64,000 nucleotides of DNA from Scenedesmus sp. PABB004 (GCA_014905635.1 CM026547.1:2046001-2110000); one strand, 5' to 3'. Numbered from the stretch's first letter, positions 27,481 to 40,276 are shown. The notes: generated by a model from the sequence alone, not told the origin. Made by a program: numbers and translations.

Positions 27481-29541
27481 CCCGCCTGCTGCTGCTGCTG
27501 CTGCTCCCCCGCCTGCTGCTGGTGCTGCTGCTGGTGCTGCTGCTGGTGGCCGCTGTTGCTGCCCGTGAGGAAGCGCGCGAGCGCCGCTGCGCCGCTGCTG
27601 TCGCCGCCGGCGGTGAAGTCGGTCGCGACCAGCGCCAGCCGTGCGACCGGCCAGGGCGCTGGCACGAGGCGCCGGAACAGCGCCAGCGCCGCCGCGGCGA
27701 TGGCGTCGGGGCTGGGGCCGTCGGCGGTGCGCGCCGCGGGCATGGCGCCCCGGATGCTGCGGTCGCCGGCGCCACCGGCGCCGCCGCTGCGCCACTGCAG
27801 CACGAGACTGCGCGGCCGCCGGCTGTGCTCGCACTCGTCCTCGGCCGTGCGCTCTGCCAGCTCCGCCGCGAGCACCGCCAGCCAGGCCTCCACTGCGCGC
27901 AGGTCGCGCGCGGGCACGGGCAGGCTGCGCCGGCGGCGGCGGGCACGGCGGAGTTTGCGGTTGGCGGCGGCGGCGGCGGCAGCAGCGCGTCTCCCGCCCA
28001 TCCCGCGGCGCGCACGCTGCGCGCGGTGCGGGCGCGGTGGTCCACCTACCTTTTGCAGGCGTTGAGTGACTTGATCTTGTCCTTGGGCTGCACGTCCTCG
28101 TCGTCCACGCCGCGCACCGCGTCGTGCACCCACCTGGCCTTGCCGCCAAAGTGCGACACGAGCGTCTGCCAGCTGAACTCGGCCGCGGCGCCCGCGGTCG
28201 CGGCCCCCAGCTCGTGCAGCGCCGCGCCGAGCTTGCCGCCGAGGCCCTTGACCTTGCCGAGCGGCAGGTCCCGCATCAGGCCCGCCACCCCGCGCGGCAG
28301 CACGATCGTCTGCTGGTTGGGCTTGTGCCTGGCGCTGCCGATCTTGGCGAGCAGCTTGTTGTGCGCGATGCCGGCGCTTGACGTGAAGGCGAGCCGGTCA
28401 AACACAGCGCCGCGCAGCGCCAGCGCCACCACCGCACCTGCGTGGCGCGCGCGCGGCGCTGCTGGCTGCGCGGGCGCTGATGGCGGCCGGCGGGGCCCCG
28501 CGCGCGCACAGGCGGCAGCGCGCAGCCCCCGCGCCGCCGCCGGCGCCCCCAGAGCCACGCACCCGCCGCTGCCAGGCGGTCAAACCCCAGCTCAGCCTGC
28601 AGCCCGCCCTCGCCCAGCACGACGCTGCCCGCGCCGGCGCGCGCCAGCAGCTCCACGACGCCGTCGCCCGTGCCGTCGTCGCCCGGGGCGCGCGCCTCCG
28701 CCTTGGCCAGTTCGCGCACAGCCAGGGGCGTGACGTCCACATAGACCTGCGCGGGCCGCCGCCGCGGCGCCACAGCGAGGGGCGCGGTCAGGTCACACCC
28801 CTCGCGGGGCCACGCCGGGCGAGCGCGCGCTGGCGCGGCCGCGTGGGGAAGCACGCCGGAGGCGCGTGCCGGCGCGCGGGTGGCGGCGCGGACCTCGTCG
28901 ATGCTGGCCTTCTCCAGCGCGCAGCCCGGCGCGAGCTGCGCGAGCAGGCTCACAATCTCAGCAGACGCTCGCCGGTAGCGCTGCAGGCAGGCCTTGGCCG
29001 AGCCGCGGTCCTGCGCCGCGCCCTCGGCGCCGTCCGCTGCGGCGTCGGCTGCTGCGGCATCGGCCGCGCCAGGGGGAGGTGCCGAGCCAGAGGGGCCCGC
29101 CGCGCCAGCGGGGCCCGCCGCGCCGGAGGGGCCGGCCGCGCCGGCAGGCTGCACGCAGCCTGCGCGCAGCGCGGGCAGCGTTTGGTGAGCTTTGTCGGCC
29201 GGCTGCTGGGCCGCAGACCGGCGCGAGCGCCGCCGCGCGCCGCCGCCGCGCTGCCGCGCGCTGCGGGCCCCCGTACCGATGGTCTGCACGTGCACCAGGC
29301 GCAGGGCGGGGCAGTGCTTCAGCGCCTCCCTGACCCGCATGTGCCGGGTCACGCCCGCCGCTCGCGCCGCGTAGTTGACCGCAATCAATCCCTCCCATTG
29401 CTGCACCGCGGTCGGCGTGTCGCGCGGGATGGCCAGGCGCTTCTGCTCCACCTGGGCGTAGAAGCAATCGAGGTCGAGGTGCACGATCACGCGGCGCGGC
29501 AGCCCCGGCGCCGCCGGCGGCGGCGCGCCGGGCTCAAACAT
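26904..29541 (-). CDS. POLH: DNA polymerase eta (Y-family translesion polymerase)
   Basis: IVHLDLDCFYAQVE, AVQQWEGLIAVNYAARAAGVTRHM, LEKASIDEVYVD, SAGIAHNKLLAKIGSARHKPNQQT, VKGLGGKLG, and a C-terminal PIP-like QRSIVDML. Confidence 0.93.
27408..27545 (-). repeat. CAG (polyQ) tract in the Pol eta C-terminal region
   Basis: ctg runs on the + strand; QQQ... in ORF 26904..28133. Confidence 0.9.
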
Positions 29542-30068
29542 GGCGGCTGGCCCTCCTGCTCGACCCACCGGCCGCGCGCTGCGGACTGGCGCCGAACCCT
29601 CGGCGAGCGAGCGAGCGCACGGCGGCGAGCGCGGCGCTGCTGCCGCTGCCGCCGCCGCCGCCGCTGGCTACCGCCGCGCGCAGGGCATGCCCCCTGGCCA
29701 CCGCTCGCGGGCGGTCGGCGGCTGAGCTAGGCGCGCTGCGGACCAGCACCGAGCGAGCGCAAAGCGGCGAGCGGCGCCGCTGCTGCGGCCAGCCGTGTGC
29801 GACGCAGCCGACCGCCGTCGCTGAGGGATGTGTGTAGGAGGGGGTGGAGCGGGCGTTTGGGCGGGGCTGCGGGTGGCGCGCGTTGGGGCCGCCGCCGCGC
29901 ACGTTCGTGCGCGGCGCAGAAGCGCTGTGACTCGTCGCACGGCCGCACAGCTCGTCGCGCCTGCCCCCTTCTGCGAAGCCTATTCCCCCCTGCGCACTCG
30001 AGTGCTGCGCCAGCACCTGGACCGCTGCGCTCGAACGCTCGCGCGCCGCCGCTCGCACCAGCGCCGCC

Positions 30069-31266
30069 ATGGCGATCGGCCTCTGCGACCTCCCCCGCGA
30101 GTGCGCGCTGGCCGTCGTGGGCCGGCTGAGCGTGGTGGACGCGCTCGCCGTCGGCGCCTGCTGCTCCGGTGCGCACGGGCCGCGCCTGAGCGCACCTGTG
30201 CCGCCCGCCGCCGCTGTCGCGAGCCTCCGCCCGCCGCCGCGCACGCCCGCCCGCACGGCGCCGCCTGCGCCCGCAGCGCTGCGCGCGGTCGTCGCGGACG
30301 ACGGCCTCTGGCGCGCCCTCGCCGAGGCCAAGTGGGGCCCCGCGGTGCACGAGCTGAAGCCGCTCGCCGACGCGGCGCTCGCCGAGCGCGGTGGCGCGGC
30401 GCCCGGCTGGCAGGCGTACTGCTGCGCGCGCCTGGAGCTGCGCAGCATCCCGCAGAGTCCGCTGTCGCTGCTGCAGGAGCGTTACGCGGACCCGTGGCAG
30501 CACATCGTGTGCTGCGTGCTCTGCGCGCGCACGAGCGGCAGCGCGCTCATTCGTGCCTCGGTGGCCGCGTTCTTTGACGCGCTGCCCACGCCCAGCGCCG
30601 TGCTCGCCGCGCCCGACGCGGCGGTCATGTCGCTGCTGCAGCCGCTGGGCCTGCAGGCCACGCGCCTCGCGGCGGTGCGCGCGGTGTCGCGCGACTTTCT
30701 CGCCACCGCCTGGGCAGAGCCGAGCGAGTTCCGGGGGTGCGGCAAGTTTGTGGCCGACAGCTGGCGCATCTTCTGCCGCGGCGCCCGCGACGCGCGGGGT
30801 GCGTCCCCGCCCGCGCGCGCGCGCAGCGGCATGGCGCGCGCCGGCGCTGCGACGCCTCAAGCACTGCCCGCCGCCGCGTGCGCCTGCCGCCGCAGGCGTG
30901 GAGGACGCCAAGCTGCGCCAGTACCTCGCCTGGGCCAACCGGGCCGCAGCGGATCCGGACCGGGACCAGGCGCCGACGGCGCCCCCCGCGGCGGCCGGCC
31001 GCGCCCGCAAGCGCGCCGGCAGCGGCCGCGACCAGCAGGCGCGCGCGGGCGAGGCCAAGCGCCCGCGCGTGCAGACGCGCGCGGCGGCCGCGGCGGCGGC
31101 CGACGTGGACGCGCCCGCGCGCGGCGCTGGGGCGGGCGGCAAGGCAGCGGCCGCGGGCGGCAAGGCAGCGGCCGCGGGCGGCAAGGGGCGAGCCGGGGCC
31201 GCTGCGCGTGGGCGCGGCCGCACGCGCGCCGCGGCCGTCGCGGGCGGGCGGGCCGCCGCGCGCTGA
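30069..31266 (+). CDS. F-box-like domain fused to an MBD4-like HhH-GPD DNA glycosylase
   Basis: F-box pattern LCDLPRECALAVVGRLSVVD...VVADDGLWRAL. MBD4 catalytic-domain patterns SPLSLLQERYADPWQHIVCCVLCARTSG, LLQPLGL, GCGKFVADSWRIFC and VEDAKLRQYLAW. Confidence 0.85.
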
Positions 31267-31311
31267 GCGAGCTGCGTGCGCGTGTGACTCGCCGAGGCTG
31301 CTAGCCTGTTG

Positions 31312-31316
31312 TTACA
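31312..31316 (-). promoter_or_regulatory. TGTAA poly(A) signal for the PIMT-BTB gene
   Basis: ttaca on the + strand, downstream of the stop at 31605. Confidence 0.5.
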
Positions 31317-31604
31317 GTTGGTGAGGGGAGCTATCATACAACGCCCGGCTAGGTGCGCCGCCGCCGCTGCAACAGATCAACAAGAGCCGTCCTGCATGCC
31401 GGGTGTCGGCCCGCGACGAATCACGCGCGCGCCCGCATCCGCGCTCTCCAGCCACGCACAAGCACATACAACGGCCGCGGACGGCAAGCACAAGCGCGCG
31501 CGCCCACTGCCCACGTCCACGGCACCACCCTGCGCCCCCCGCCCCACCCACCCACCCTGCACGCGGCGCGCCGCGGCCGCCGGCGCCGCCGCCGCCGTGC
31601 TCGC

Positions 31605-34432
31605 TCACCACCAGGCGCGCCGCTTGGGCACCGCCGCCGCGCCCGAGGGCGGCTCCAGCTCCTTGAGCAGCGCCGTGAGCCGCGTGACCTCGCCCGCGAG
31701 GTGCGCCGCGACGTGCTCCACGGCGCTGCGGTCGAGGCCCGCCCACGCCTCGCTGCGGGAGACGTCGGCGTAGCGCTGCGCGACGTAGCAGGCCGCCGCG
31801 CGGCGCAGCGCCACCAGGCCCAGCTCGTCCGCCAGCGCGAGCAGGTGCGGCGCCTCGGCCGCCGCCGCGGCGGGCGGCATGCGCAGCAGCTCCGCGACGA
31901 GGCTCTCCTGGCACAGCTCAATCAGCCTGCGCGGGGCGGCGGGCGCGCGCGCGCTCGGCGCCCCCGCCCAGGCGCGCGCCGCGGGCGGCCGGCCGGCCGG
32001 CGGAGCTGCCGCGGGCCCCGCCCCCATGCCCCGCGCGCGCGCCTGGGGGTGCCGTAGAAGCAGGCGGCGTGCAGCAGGCGCACCACCGCGGGCGGGTCGA
32101 GCCCCGGCGGCAGGTCATCATGGTACATGTAGTGCAGCAGGCTCTGAGGAAAGGGGGGGCCAAGGGAGGCGAGGGAGGCGAGGGGCGTGGGCGCGCGCGC
32201 CGCCCCCCAGGCACGGCAGCCGCAACGCCCCCCCCCCAGCACCCCCGCGCACCCCGCCACACTCAACCCACCTTCATGCAGGCGAGGCTGAAGCCCTCCG
32301 GCGCGGTGTGGCTCGCGTCGTGCGCGTCCCTCATCCCGCTCGACAGCCGCGCAGCAAAGTGCGCGGCGCGGGCCCGCAGCACCGCCTTGTGCGCGGGCAG
32401 GCGCCAGCCCTGGCCCAGCAGCTCGATGTCTGGCGTGCCCAGCCCCGCCAGGCCCCCCCACAGCTCGCCCGGGCCGTCGCCAGCGCCCGCACCGCCGGCG
32501 GGGGCAGTTGGCGCCGCCTCCGCTGCGCCCGCCGCCACGCCGTCCTCGCCCGCCGGCGCGGGCGCCGCAGTGCGGCCGCCCCGCATCACAGGCGTCTCGG
32601 GCAGCGGCAGCGGCTCGCTGCCGGGGCTCGTGCCCGGCGCCGGCGGCGTGGCGTTGGCGCCAAAGGGGCTGAAGCAGCTCGTCCACACGCTGGCCAGCAG
32701 GCCCCCGCAGCCTGGCGGCGCCAGCGGCGGCGGGCGCGTCGGGCGCGGCGTGCCGGCGGCGCCGCAGCGCGCGCTGCACGCGCTGCCCGCGCGCACGGCG
32801 CGGCGCGGCCTGTCGCGCGCCGTGCGCCCCGCGGCGCGCACGCACCCGGGCCCGCGCCGTCGCGCAGGTCCTGTGCAAGCGTGGGCGGGGAGACGTCGAT
32901 GCGCATCGCGCCGCGCCGCGCCTCGCCGAGCACCGCGAGCGCGATGGTCGCGTCGGAGGGAACATCGAGCTCGCTGAAGCGCACCGACGACACGAGGCTG
33001 TGCCGCACGCTGCCGTCGGGCGCGCGGCTGTACAGGCGCAGGTCGCTGTCCACCGGCGCGAGCAGCTTGCCCGACGGCTCCAGCAGCGTCAGCAGCAGGT
33101 GCACGCGGTCCTCGGGGCACGCCGCGCCGACGCACACCTGCGCGCGCGGGGGTGAGTGCGCGGGGTGTGCACGCGCAGCAGCCAACAGCGTGCGCGGGGT
33201 GTGCACGCGCAGCAGCCAACAGCGTGCGCGGGGTGTGCACGCGCAGCAGCCAACAGCGTGCGCGCGTCGCGCCGCCTGCGGCCGGCGGCCTGCGGCGGGG
33301 CGGCGCGGCGCGCACCTTGTTGAACTTGCCCTTGAGCTGGGGCGAGGGGATGAAGACGTTGTGCTGGAAGAAGCTCAGCGGCGCGGCGGACGACGCAAAC
33401 TCGGCGTTGGCCTCGGCCAGGCGCGCGACGTTGTCGCGCGACAGCTGCACGCAGCGGGGCTTGGTGTCGATGCCGACGACGCGCCCCGTCCGCCCGACCA
33501 GCAGCGCCGCGCACGCCGATATGATTGCGCAGCCGCACCCCACGTCCAGCATGCGGTCGCCGGGCGCGAGCTCCAGCGAGTCCAGCATCTGCGCGTGCCT
33601 GGGCGCCGCGGCGCGGCGCGCGCGCACGCGTGCGTGTGTGTGTGTGTGGGGGGGGGGGGGGTTGCGGGGGCGCCGCGGCGGGCGCCGCGGCGGGCGCCGC
33701 GGCGGGAGCTCGCGGGGGGGGGGGGCTCGCGCGGCGGCGCGGTGGCGCAGCGCGGCCGACCCCGATCGCGCACATGTGGGGTGCGCTGATGTTGAAGTCG
33801 TCCTCCTCCACGCGGATGGGCGAGTCGACCCAGGCCTCGCCCCGGTAGGCCTCGGGGACCATCGCGCCGCGAGGCACCGCGAGCATCGCGCGCGCGACGC
33901 CCTCGCTCGTGAGCATGCCCGCGCGCTTCAGCCCCGCGACGAGCTCCTCGTTGCTGCGCGCCGCGTCGCGGCGCTGCACGACCACGCGCTGCCCCGCCAG
34001 CAGGCGCAGCAGGCCCTCCAGCGGGATGGCCTGCGGGGGCGGGCGAGGGCGGCGGTTGCGGCAGCAGCGCTGAGCAGCGGCAGCGGCGGCGCGCGCGCGG
34101 CGGGGCGCGGCCGCCGCTGGGGGGTCCGTGGCGGTCGTGCGGATTGATAAAGGTGCCGGTGTGTCACAGCGGCGGCGCACAGGGGCAGGGGACGGCCGCG
34201 GCGGCGCTGCGGGCGCGCGCGCCGCCGCTGCTCGCCGTCGCCGCTGCCCGGCGCTGCGGCGCGGGCCGCGGGCCCGCGCCGCAGCCTGGCGGCGCACCTC
34301 TGCGTGGACTGCGCGCGCTCGGCGGCGCCGGTTGCCGTGGAGGTCCTCCTCGGCGCCCTCCTCTGCCGCGAGGTCCTCCTCGGCATCCGCCAGGCCCTCC
34401 GCGTCCAGGCCGGGCTCGCGCGGGTCAGCCAT
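31605..34432 (-). CDS. Protein L-isoaspartyl methyltransferase (PIMT/PCMT) domain fused to BTB-BACK
   Basis: PIMT motifs NEELVAGLK, ISAPHM, LDVGCG, GRVVGID, KVCVGAA and LEPSGKLLAPV. BTB motifs DIELLGQGWRLPAHKAVLRARAAHF...SGMRD and LLHYMYHD. BACK-like LLALADELGLVALRRAA. Confidence 0.87.
33156..33264. repeat. 34-bp tandem repeat x3 in an intron
   Basis: Unit gtgcgcggggtgtgcacgcgcagcagccaacagc at 33156, 33190 and 33224. Confidence 0.95.
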
Positions 34433-34821
34433 GGCGGCCTGGGTTTCGGGCCTGCGATCGGGCGCCCGGAATTGAGCGCTGGAGGCTGCTGGAGCGCGGG
34501 CGTCTCGGGGGATACCTGCGGCCAGGGTCTGCGCGAATCGAGCTGTCGCCGCGGCGCAGTCGCTGCGTCCCGCCGAACCCCGCGCTCGCAGTCGCGCCCC
34601 TGACACACTCCGGGCCGCGGGCGGCCCGGCGCGACACGCAGGGGCAGCGGCGACCCAACAGAAGCCCCTGAGCCGGCGCGCGGCCCGCAGCATGCACCCC
34701 GCGCGCGCCTGCGGCTGAGGCACGCTCCTACGGCTACGAGAGGGCTGCTGAGCGCGGCAGTGACGACCGGGGCGAGGCGCCGCGCGAGCGCAGCAACAGC
34801 GGCGCGCTCGAACTGCGCGCG

Positions 34822-37800
34822 ATGCAGGCGCCGATCCAGGTGCGCGCGCCGGCGGCCCCAGATCCCGCCGCACGCCGCGCCGCGCTCACGGGCCGCACGC
34901 CCCTGCGGCCTGCGCAGACGCCGGACGCCGGGCGCGCGGGCGCGCGCGCCGGCAGCGGCAGCGGCAGCGGCGCCGCCGCCGCGGCGTCGTCGTGGCTGGC
35001 GGACCTGGACGCCTACATCGCCACCCACGAGCCGGGCGACGCGGAGCGGCGTGAGCTCGTGGCGCGCGTCAAGGGCGCGCCGCAGTCGGCGGCGGCGTGG
35101 CGCGCGCTGCTCGCGCACGAGGAGGCGTGCGGCAACGCGACGCAGCACGGCCTCGCGCCGCCGGCCGACCCCGGGCGCGTCAGCCTGTACCACATGTACT
35201 ACTGGGCCACGCAGCTCGTGCCGCGCAGCAGCACGGCGCAGCACAAGGAGGCGTACCTGCAGCTCTGGCTCGGCTTTGCGCGGCAGCAGTGGTCGCGCAG
35301 CCCCGACGACGCGCGGGACACGCTGAAGACGCTGAAGAACCAGCACATCGGCGGCGACAGCGCGGCGCTCTACCACGCGTGGGCTTCGCTCGAGCACGCG
35401 GCGGGCAACATCAGCAGGGCGCTCGGCGTCCTCGCGCGTGGCATCAAGGCGGGCGCGCAGCCCGCGAGGTGCGCGGCGCGCGGACGCGGCGCGCGGACGC
35501 GGCGCGCGCTGCGCGCGGACGCCGCGGGCCGCAGCCGGCGCTGACGCCGCGGCCGGCGCACGCGCACGCGCGCGCGCGCAGCCTGCTGGAGCAGCTGCGC
35601 GGCGAGATGCAGAGCGGCACGTTTGACCTCAAGGCGGCCGGCGCGTTCACCGAGACGCTCACCATCGACGCCAGCAGCATGGCGGCACGCCAACTGCAGC
35701 AGCAGCATGGCGCCGCCGCGCTGAGCACGCCCGCACCGACGGGCGGCGCCGGCGTGAGGCCCCTGGGCGTGACGGCGCCGCGTGCGGGGCCGCCGGGCGT
35801 GGCGAGCTGCCTGAAGGGCAGCGCGGCCGCGCCGGGCCCCGCGCACGAGCACGCGGGGCGGGCGGTGACGTTTGCCGCCGACGTGCACAGCGGCGGGCGC
35901 GACGAGCACGGCAGGCGGCCGGCCTCCGCGGTCGCGGCAGGTGAGCGCGGCGCACGCTGCCGACACGGGACTGCTGCGCGCGGCCCGCTGGCGGTCGCGG
36001 TCGAGCGCGCCACGCTGCGCCGGCGCAGGCTCTGCGAGCGCGGCCAGCAGCCGCTCCGTGGCGCGCTCGGGGGAGGGCCACAGCGGCTGCCTGTCCTCGA
36101 GCAGCACGTCCAGCCGCTCCTCCGCCTCGGGTGCGCCCGCGCGCGGTGCAGCGGCCCGCGCCAGCAGGGGCGAGCGGCTCGCCCGCCGCTCCCCGCCGCG
36201 CGGCCGGCCAGCGGCTCACCCCTGGCTGCCGCGCCGCGCCGCGCCGCGCCGCCGCAGTGCACGACGGCGCGTACCTGCCCTTTGCCGGCAGCGCGCCGAG
36301 CTACAAGAGCAGCACCACCGAGAGCTCCGCCATGGGCGGCGCTGAGGAGGACACCATCACCTGCCGCGCCGGTGCCGCGCCGCCGGCGGGCCCGACCTCC
36401 AAAGGTGCGCGGCCCGCACCGCGCCGCGCCGCGCCGCGCCGCGCCAATGTGCCCGCTGCGCCCGGCGCGCCGGCCTGAGCCCCTGCCCGCCTGCCGCCGC
36501 AGCGAGTGCCGCCAAGCCCAGCACCGCACCGCTGAGCGGGAGCAGCCTGACGCCGGGCGCGGGGCTTGGCTCCAACACAGCGACGCTCGGCCTGAAGCGC
36601 TTTGGTGGGTGCCGCCGCCGCTGCCGCCTGCGTGGCGGCCTGCTGCAGCGCGGGCCCCGCCGCCGTGCAGTGCTGGCGCCGAGCCGCGCCCCGCCCGCAC
36701 GCCGCCGCAGGCTTCAAGTCGCGCGCGCTTCGCGTGGGCGGCGCCTCGGACGCCGCCGCGGCGCCCGCCGAGCCGGGGGCTGCGGCCGGCGGCGCGCCCG
36801 CGAGCAGCATGCCGCCGCCGGCCGCGCGCGCTGCGCCTGCGGGCGCGCAGCCTGACGGCCAGGCAGGGGCCGCGCCGCCGGCCGCCGTGGCTGCGGGCGA
36901 CGCGGCAGACGACGGCGCGCTCGGCCGCAAGCGCCGCGCGGGGCAGGGCGGCACGCCCAGCCCCAAGACCTCTCCCAAGCTCACGGCGACCTGCAAGGAC
37001 GGCCAGCAGGTCCGGGCGCGGCCGGAGGAGCTGGCGCGCGGCGGCGCGGCGCACGCCGCCGCGCCGGCCGCAGGCGCCGAGGAGTCGTCCGATGGCGACA
37101 GCGTGCCGCTGGTCAGCAGCAAGCTCGCCGCGCGCCTCGCGCCCGACCGGGGCACGCCGCAGGGCGCGCCCAGGCAGCGGCCCGCCTGGCGCGAGCCGAG
37201 CGGCGACTGGACGCCGCCCGCGGAGGGGCAGCTGCCGAGCTCGCTGGAGAGCACGCCCGAGTTTGCCCCGTTTGGCGGCGGCACCGGCAGCGCCGGCGCG
37301 GCGCGGCAGGGCGGGGCGCCGCCCCGCGCGCAGCAGCAGCCCACCGGGGCGGCGCCGCGCGAGGGTGAGGGCGAGGGCGAGGAGGAGCAGACAATGCCCA
37401 CGGTCGTGCTGTCTGAGGCGGCGGCGCGCGGCCAGCACAACGGCGGCGCCCAGCGCGCGGAGCAGGCACGGCAGCAGCCGCCGGCGCAGCCGCCGGCGCA
37501 CCGGCCGGCCAGCAACGCAGCCGCTGCCGGCGCCGGCGCCGCGCCCGGCGCCAGGGAGCCGCTCAGGTGGGTTGGGGGTCGGCCGGCTGCGCGTGCGCGC
37601 TGGGCTGCCGCTGGCCAGCGGAGTGCCCTCACCGCGCGCCCCGCGCCCACGCCGCCGCAGGCCGCTGCAGGCGCAGGGGCACGCCGGCGCCGCGGCGCAG
37701 CACGCCCGCCCGCACGGGAGCGGGGCGCCTGCCAAGCAGCAGCAGGCAGCGCCGCCGGCCGCGGTGGAGACGGGCCAGCAGCCCGGCGTGGCGCGGGCGC

Positions 37801-40007
37801 CGCCGCAGCAGCAGGCGCCGCAGCCGCACCACCAGCCCGCCCCGGCCCCGCCGCAGCCGCAGCGCGGCCAGCCCGAGCAGGCGCCGGCGCAGGCGCAGCG
37901 CGGCCAGCCCGAGCAGGCGCCGGCGCAGGCGCCGCCGGCGCAGGCGGGCGTGCGGCAGCTGCGGCCGCGCGAGGACGCGCAGACGGTGTACGTGCAGGGC
38001 GTGCGCTACACCAAGCTCGAGTGCGTCGGCCGCGGCGGCAGCAGCAAGGTCTTCAAGGTGCGCGCGCCCCGGGTTCGCCCGCGGCGCCAGGGGGCGTGGC
38101 GTGGCGGCAGCTCGGCAGCCCGCCCCGCCCTGCCCGTTGACCGACGACCGCCACCGTCCGGGCCGCGCAGGTGATGGGCCCGGGCTGCAAGATCTACGCG
38201 CTCAAGCGCATCCGCCTCGCCGGCCGCGACGCCGAGGCGGCGAGCGGCTTCATCGACGAGATCAACCTCCTCACCTGCCTGCGCAACAAGCCAAACATCA
38301 TCCAGCTCGTCGACAGCCAGGCGCGCCGCCGCAACCGCGTCCCCGCGCCCCCCGTGCCTCTCTCATGCCCGCCGCGCCTGTCTCGTGCCCGCCGCCCCTC
38401 GCCCCCTCACGCCCTCCCCCCTCGTCTCCTACCCCCCGTGTCGGGGTGCCCAGGTGTTCCCCGAGGAGGGCCTCATCTACATGGTCCAGGAGTACGGGGA
38501 GATTGACCTCGCGCGACTCCTCGCAAAGCACGACGCGCCGCGCCGCGCCGCCGCCGCGGGCGGCGGCGGCGCGCCGGGCGCGGCGGGCGCGCTGCTGAGC
38601 GAGGCGCTGGACGAAAACTTCATCCGCCTCTATTGGCAGCAGATGCTGCAGGTGGGCGGGGTGGGGGCTGCAAGGGAGAGGGGGACCCGTCGTGCGGCCG
38701 GGCGCGCCCGGGCGTGGCGGCGCCACGGGCGGGGGCTGCGCGCGCGCGCTCCCGGCCGGCCGGCCCGCCCGCCGACCCGGCCGCGCGCTGTCGCTGCTGC
38801 TGCCAGGCTGTCGCGGGCGTGCACGAGCAGCGCATCGTGCACAGCGACCTCAAGCCCGCCAACTTCCTGCTCGTGGAGGGGCAGCTGAAGCTCATCGACT
38901 TTGGCATCGCCAAGGCCATCAGCGGCGACACCACCAGCATCGCGCGCGAGTCGCAGGCGCGGCCCGCGCGCACGGGCCCGCGCCCGCGCTGCGCGTGCGC
39001 GCCGGCGCGCCCCGCCGCGCCCGCCGCCGCCCGCCCCCTGCCGTGATGGCGCTGCGTCCGCCGCCGGCGCGCGCGCGTGCGCGCAGGTGGGGACGCTGAA
39101 CTACATGTCCCCCGAGGCCATCCTCGGCGGCAGCACCAACATCCTGGGCGGCCCCGCGATGCGCGTGGGCCGGCCCAGCGACGTGTGGTCGCTCGGCTGC
39201 ATCCTCTACCAGATGGTCTACGGACGGTGCGCGGCCCCAGGGGGGGGGGGCAGGAGCAGGGCGGGGTGGCCCGGGCCGGGCCAGGCCGGGCGGCCGAGGG
39301 CTCGCCGCTGCCAGCCTCTGCGCCCCGACGCCCGCCCCGCCCCTGCCCCCGCCGCCGCCCTCGCCCCCGCCCCCGCGCCCGCCCTTGCCCCCGCCGCCGC
39401 CGTCGCGGCGCGCCGTGCCGCGCAGCACGCCGTTTGCTGAGCTGCCCTTCCTGCCCAAGATGCACGCGATCTGCTCGCCGGGGCACGCCGTGGCCTACCC
39501 GCCGCTCGCCAACGCCGACCTCGCCGACGTCATGCGGCGCTGCCTCGACCGCGACCCAAAGACACGCATCACGCTGCAGGCGCGTGCCGCGCTGCGCGCG
39601 GCACGCGGCGCCGGGGGGGGGGGGGCCTCGCGGCGGCGCCGCACCGACCGACCCGCCTGCCACGCCGCGCCACGCCGCGCCGCGCGCGCCTCGTCGCGCA
39701 GGAGCTGCTGGACCACCCCTTCCTGCACCCCAACCGCCGCCCCGCGGCGGCGCCGCCCGGCGGGGGGCTGTCGGAGGAGCAAATGAAGGCCCTGGTCGCG
39801 CAGGTCGCGGCGGCGGGCGCGGCAGGCGTGGCCGACATTGACCAGCTCACACGCGACCTCATGGCCAAGCTCGGCGCGCCCAGCGCGCCGGGCGGCGGCG
39901 CCGCGCACGGTGGCGGCGGCGACGCGGCGGGCGGGGACCGGCACGACCGGTCGGGCCGCGCGCGCCGGCCCGCGCTCGCGCCCGCGGCGGACGGCCGCCA
40001 CCACTAG
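34822..40007 (+). CDS. MPS1: MPS1/TTK spindle-checkpoint kinase (N-terminal TPR-like region, C-terminal kinase)
   Basis: [85 protein letters not shown] and [16 protein letters not shown]. Confidence 0.92.
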
Positions 40008-40144
40008 CTGGCCGGCCAGCGGGCGTCCGGCGGGGCGCCAGCGGGCGGGGCTGTGCATGGCGTGGGGCGAGCTTTTGTGTTTAGACCACTCTCTGACGGC
40101 GGCGCGGCTGTTCGTGGGCTGGCCGCGGCGCGCGTTGCACAGGC

Positions 40145-40149
40145 TGTAA
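40145..40149 (+). promoter_or_regulatory. TGTAA poly(A) signal for MPS1
   Basis: TGTAA ~140 nt after the stop codon. Confidence 0.6.
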
Positions 40150-40276
40150 GCGAGGCAACCTCGCCCGGTTGCGCGGCGCCCCTCCTGCCTGCCCGCCCGC
40201 CCCACCCGGCGCCCCCTGCCGCAGAGCCGCGCGCGTCTGCCGCTCCGCCCGCCCGCACGCCGCCGCGCCGCGGGGC

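Noticed and set aside
33156..33264. 34-bp repeats as a CRISPR array
   Set aside because: Units are head-to-tail with no spacers, lie in a eukaryotic intron, and no cas genes are present
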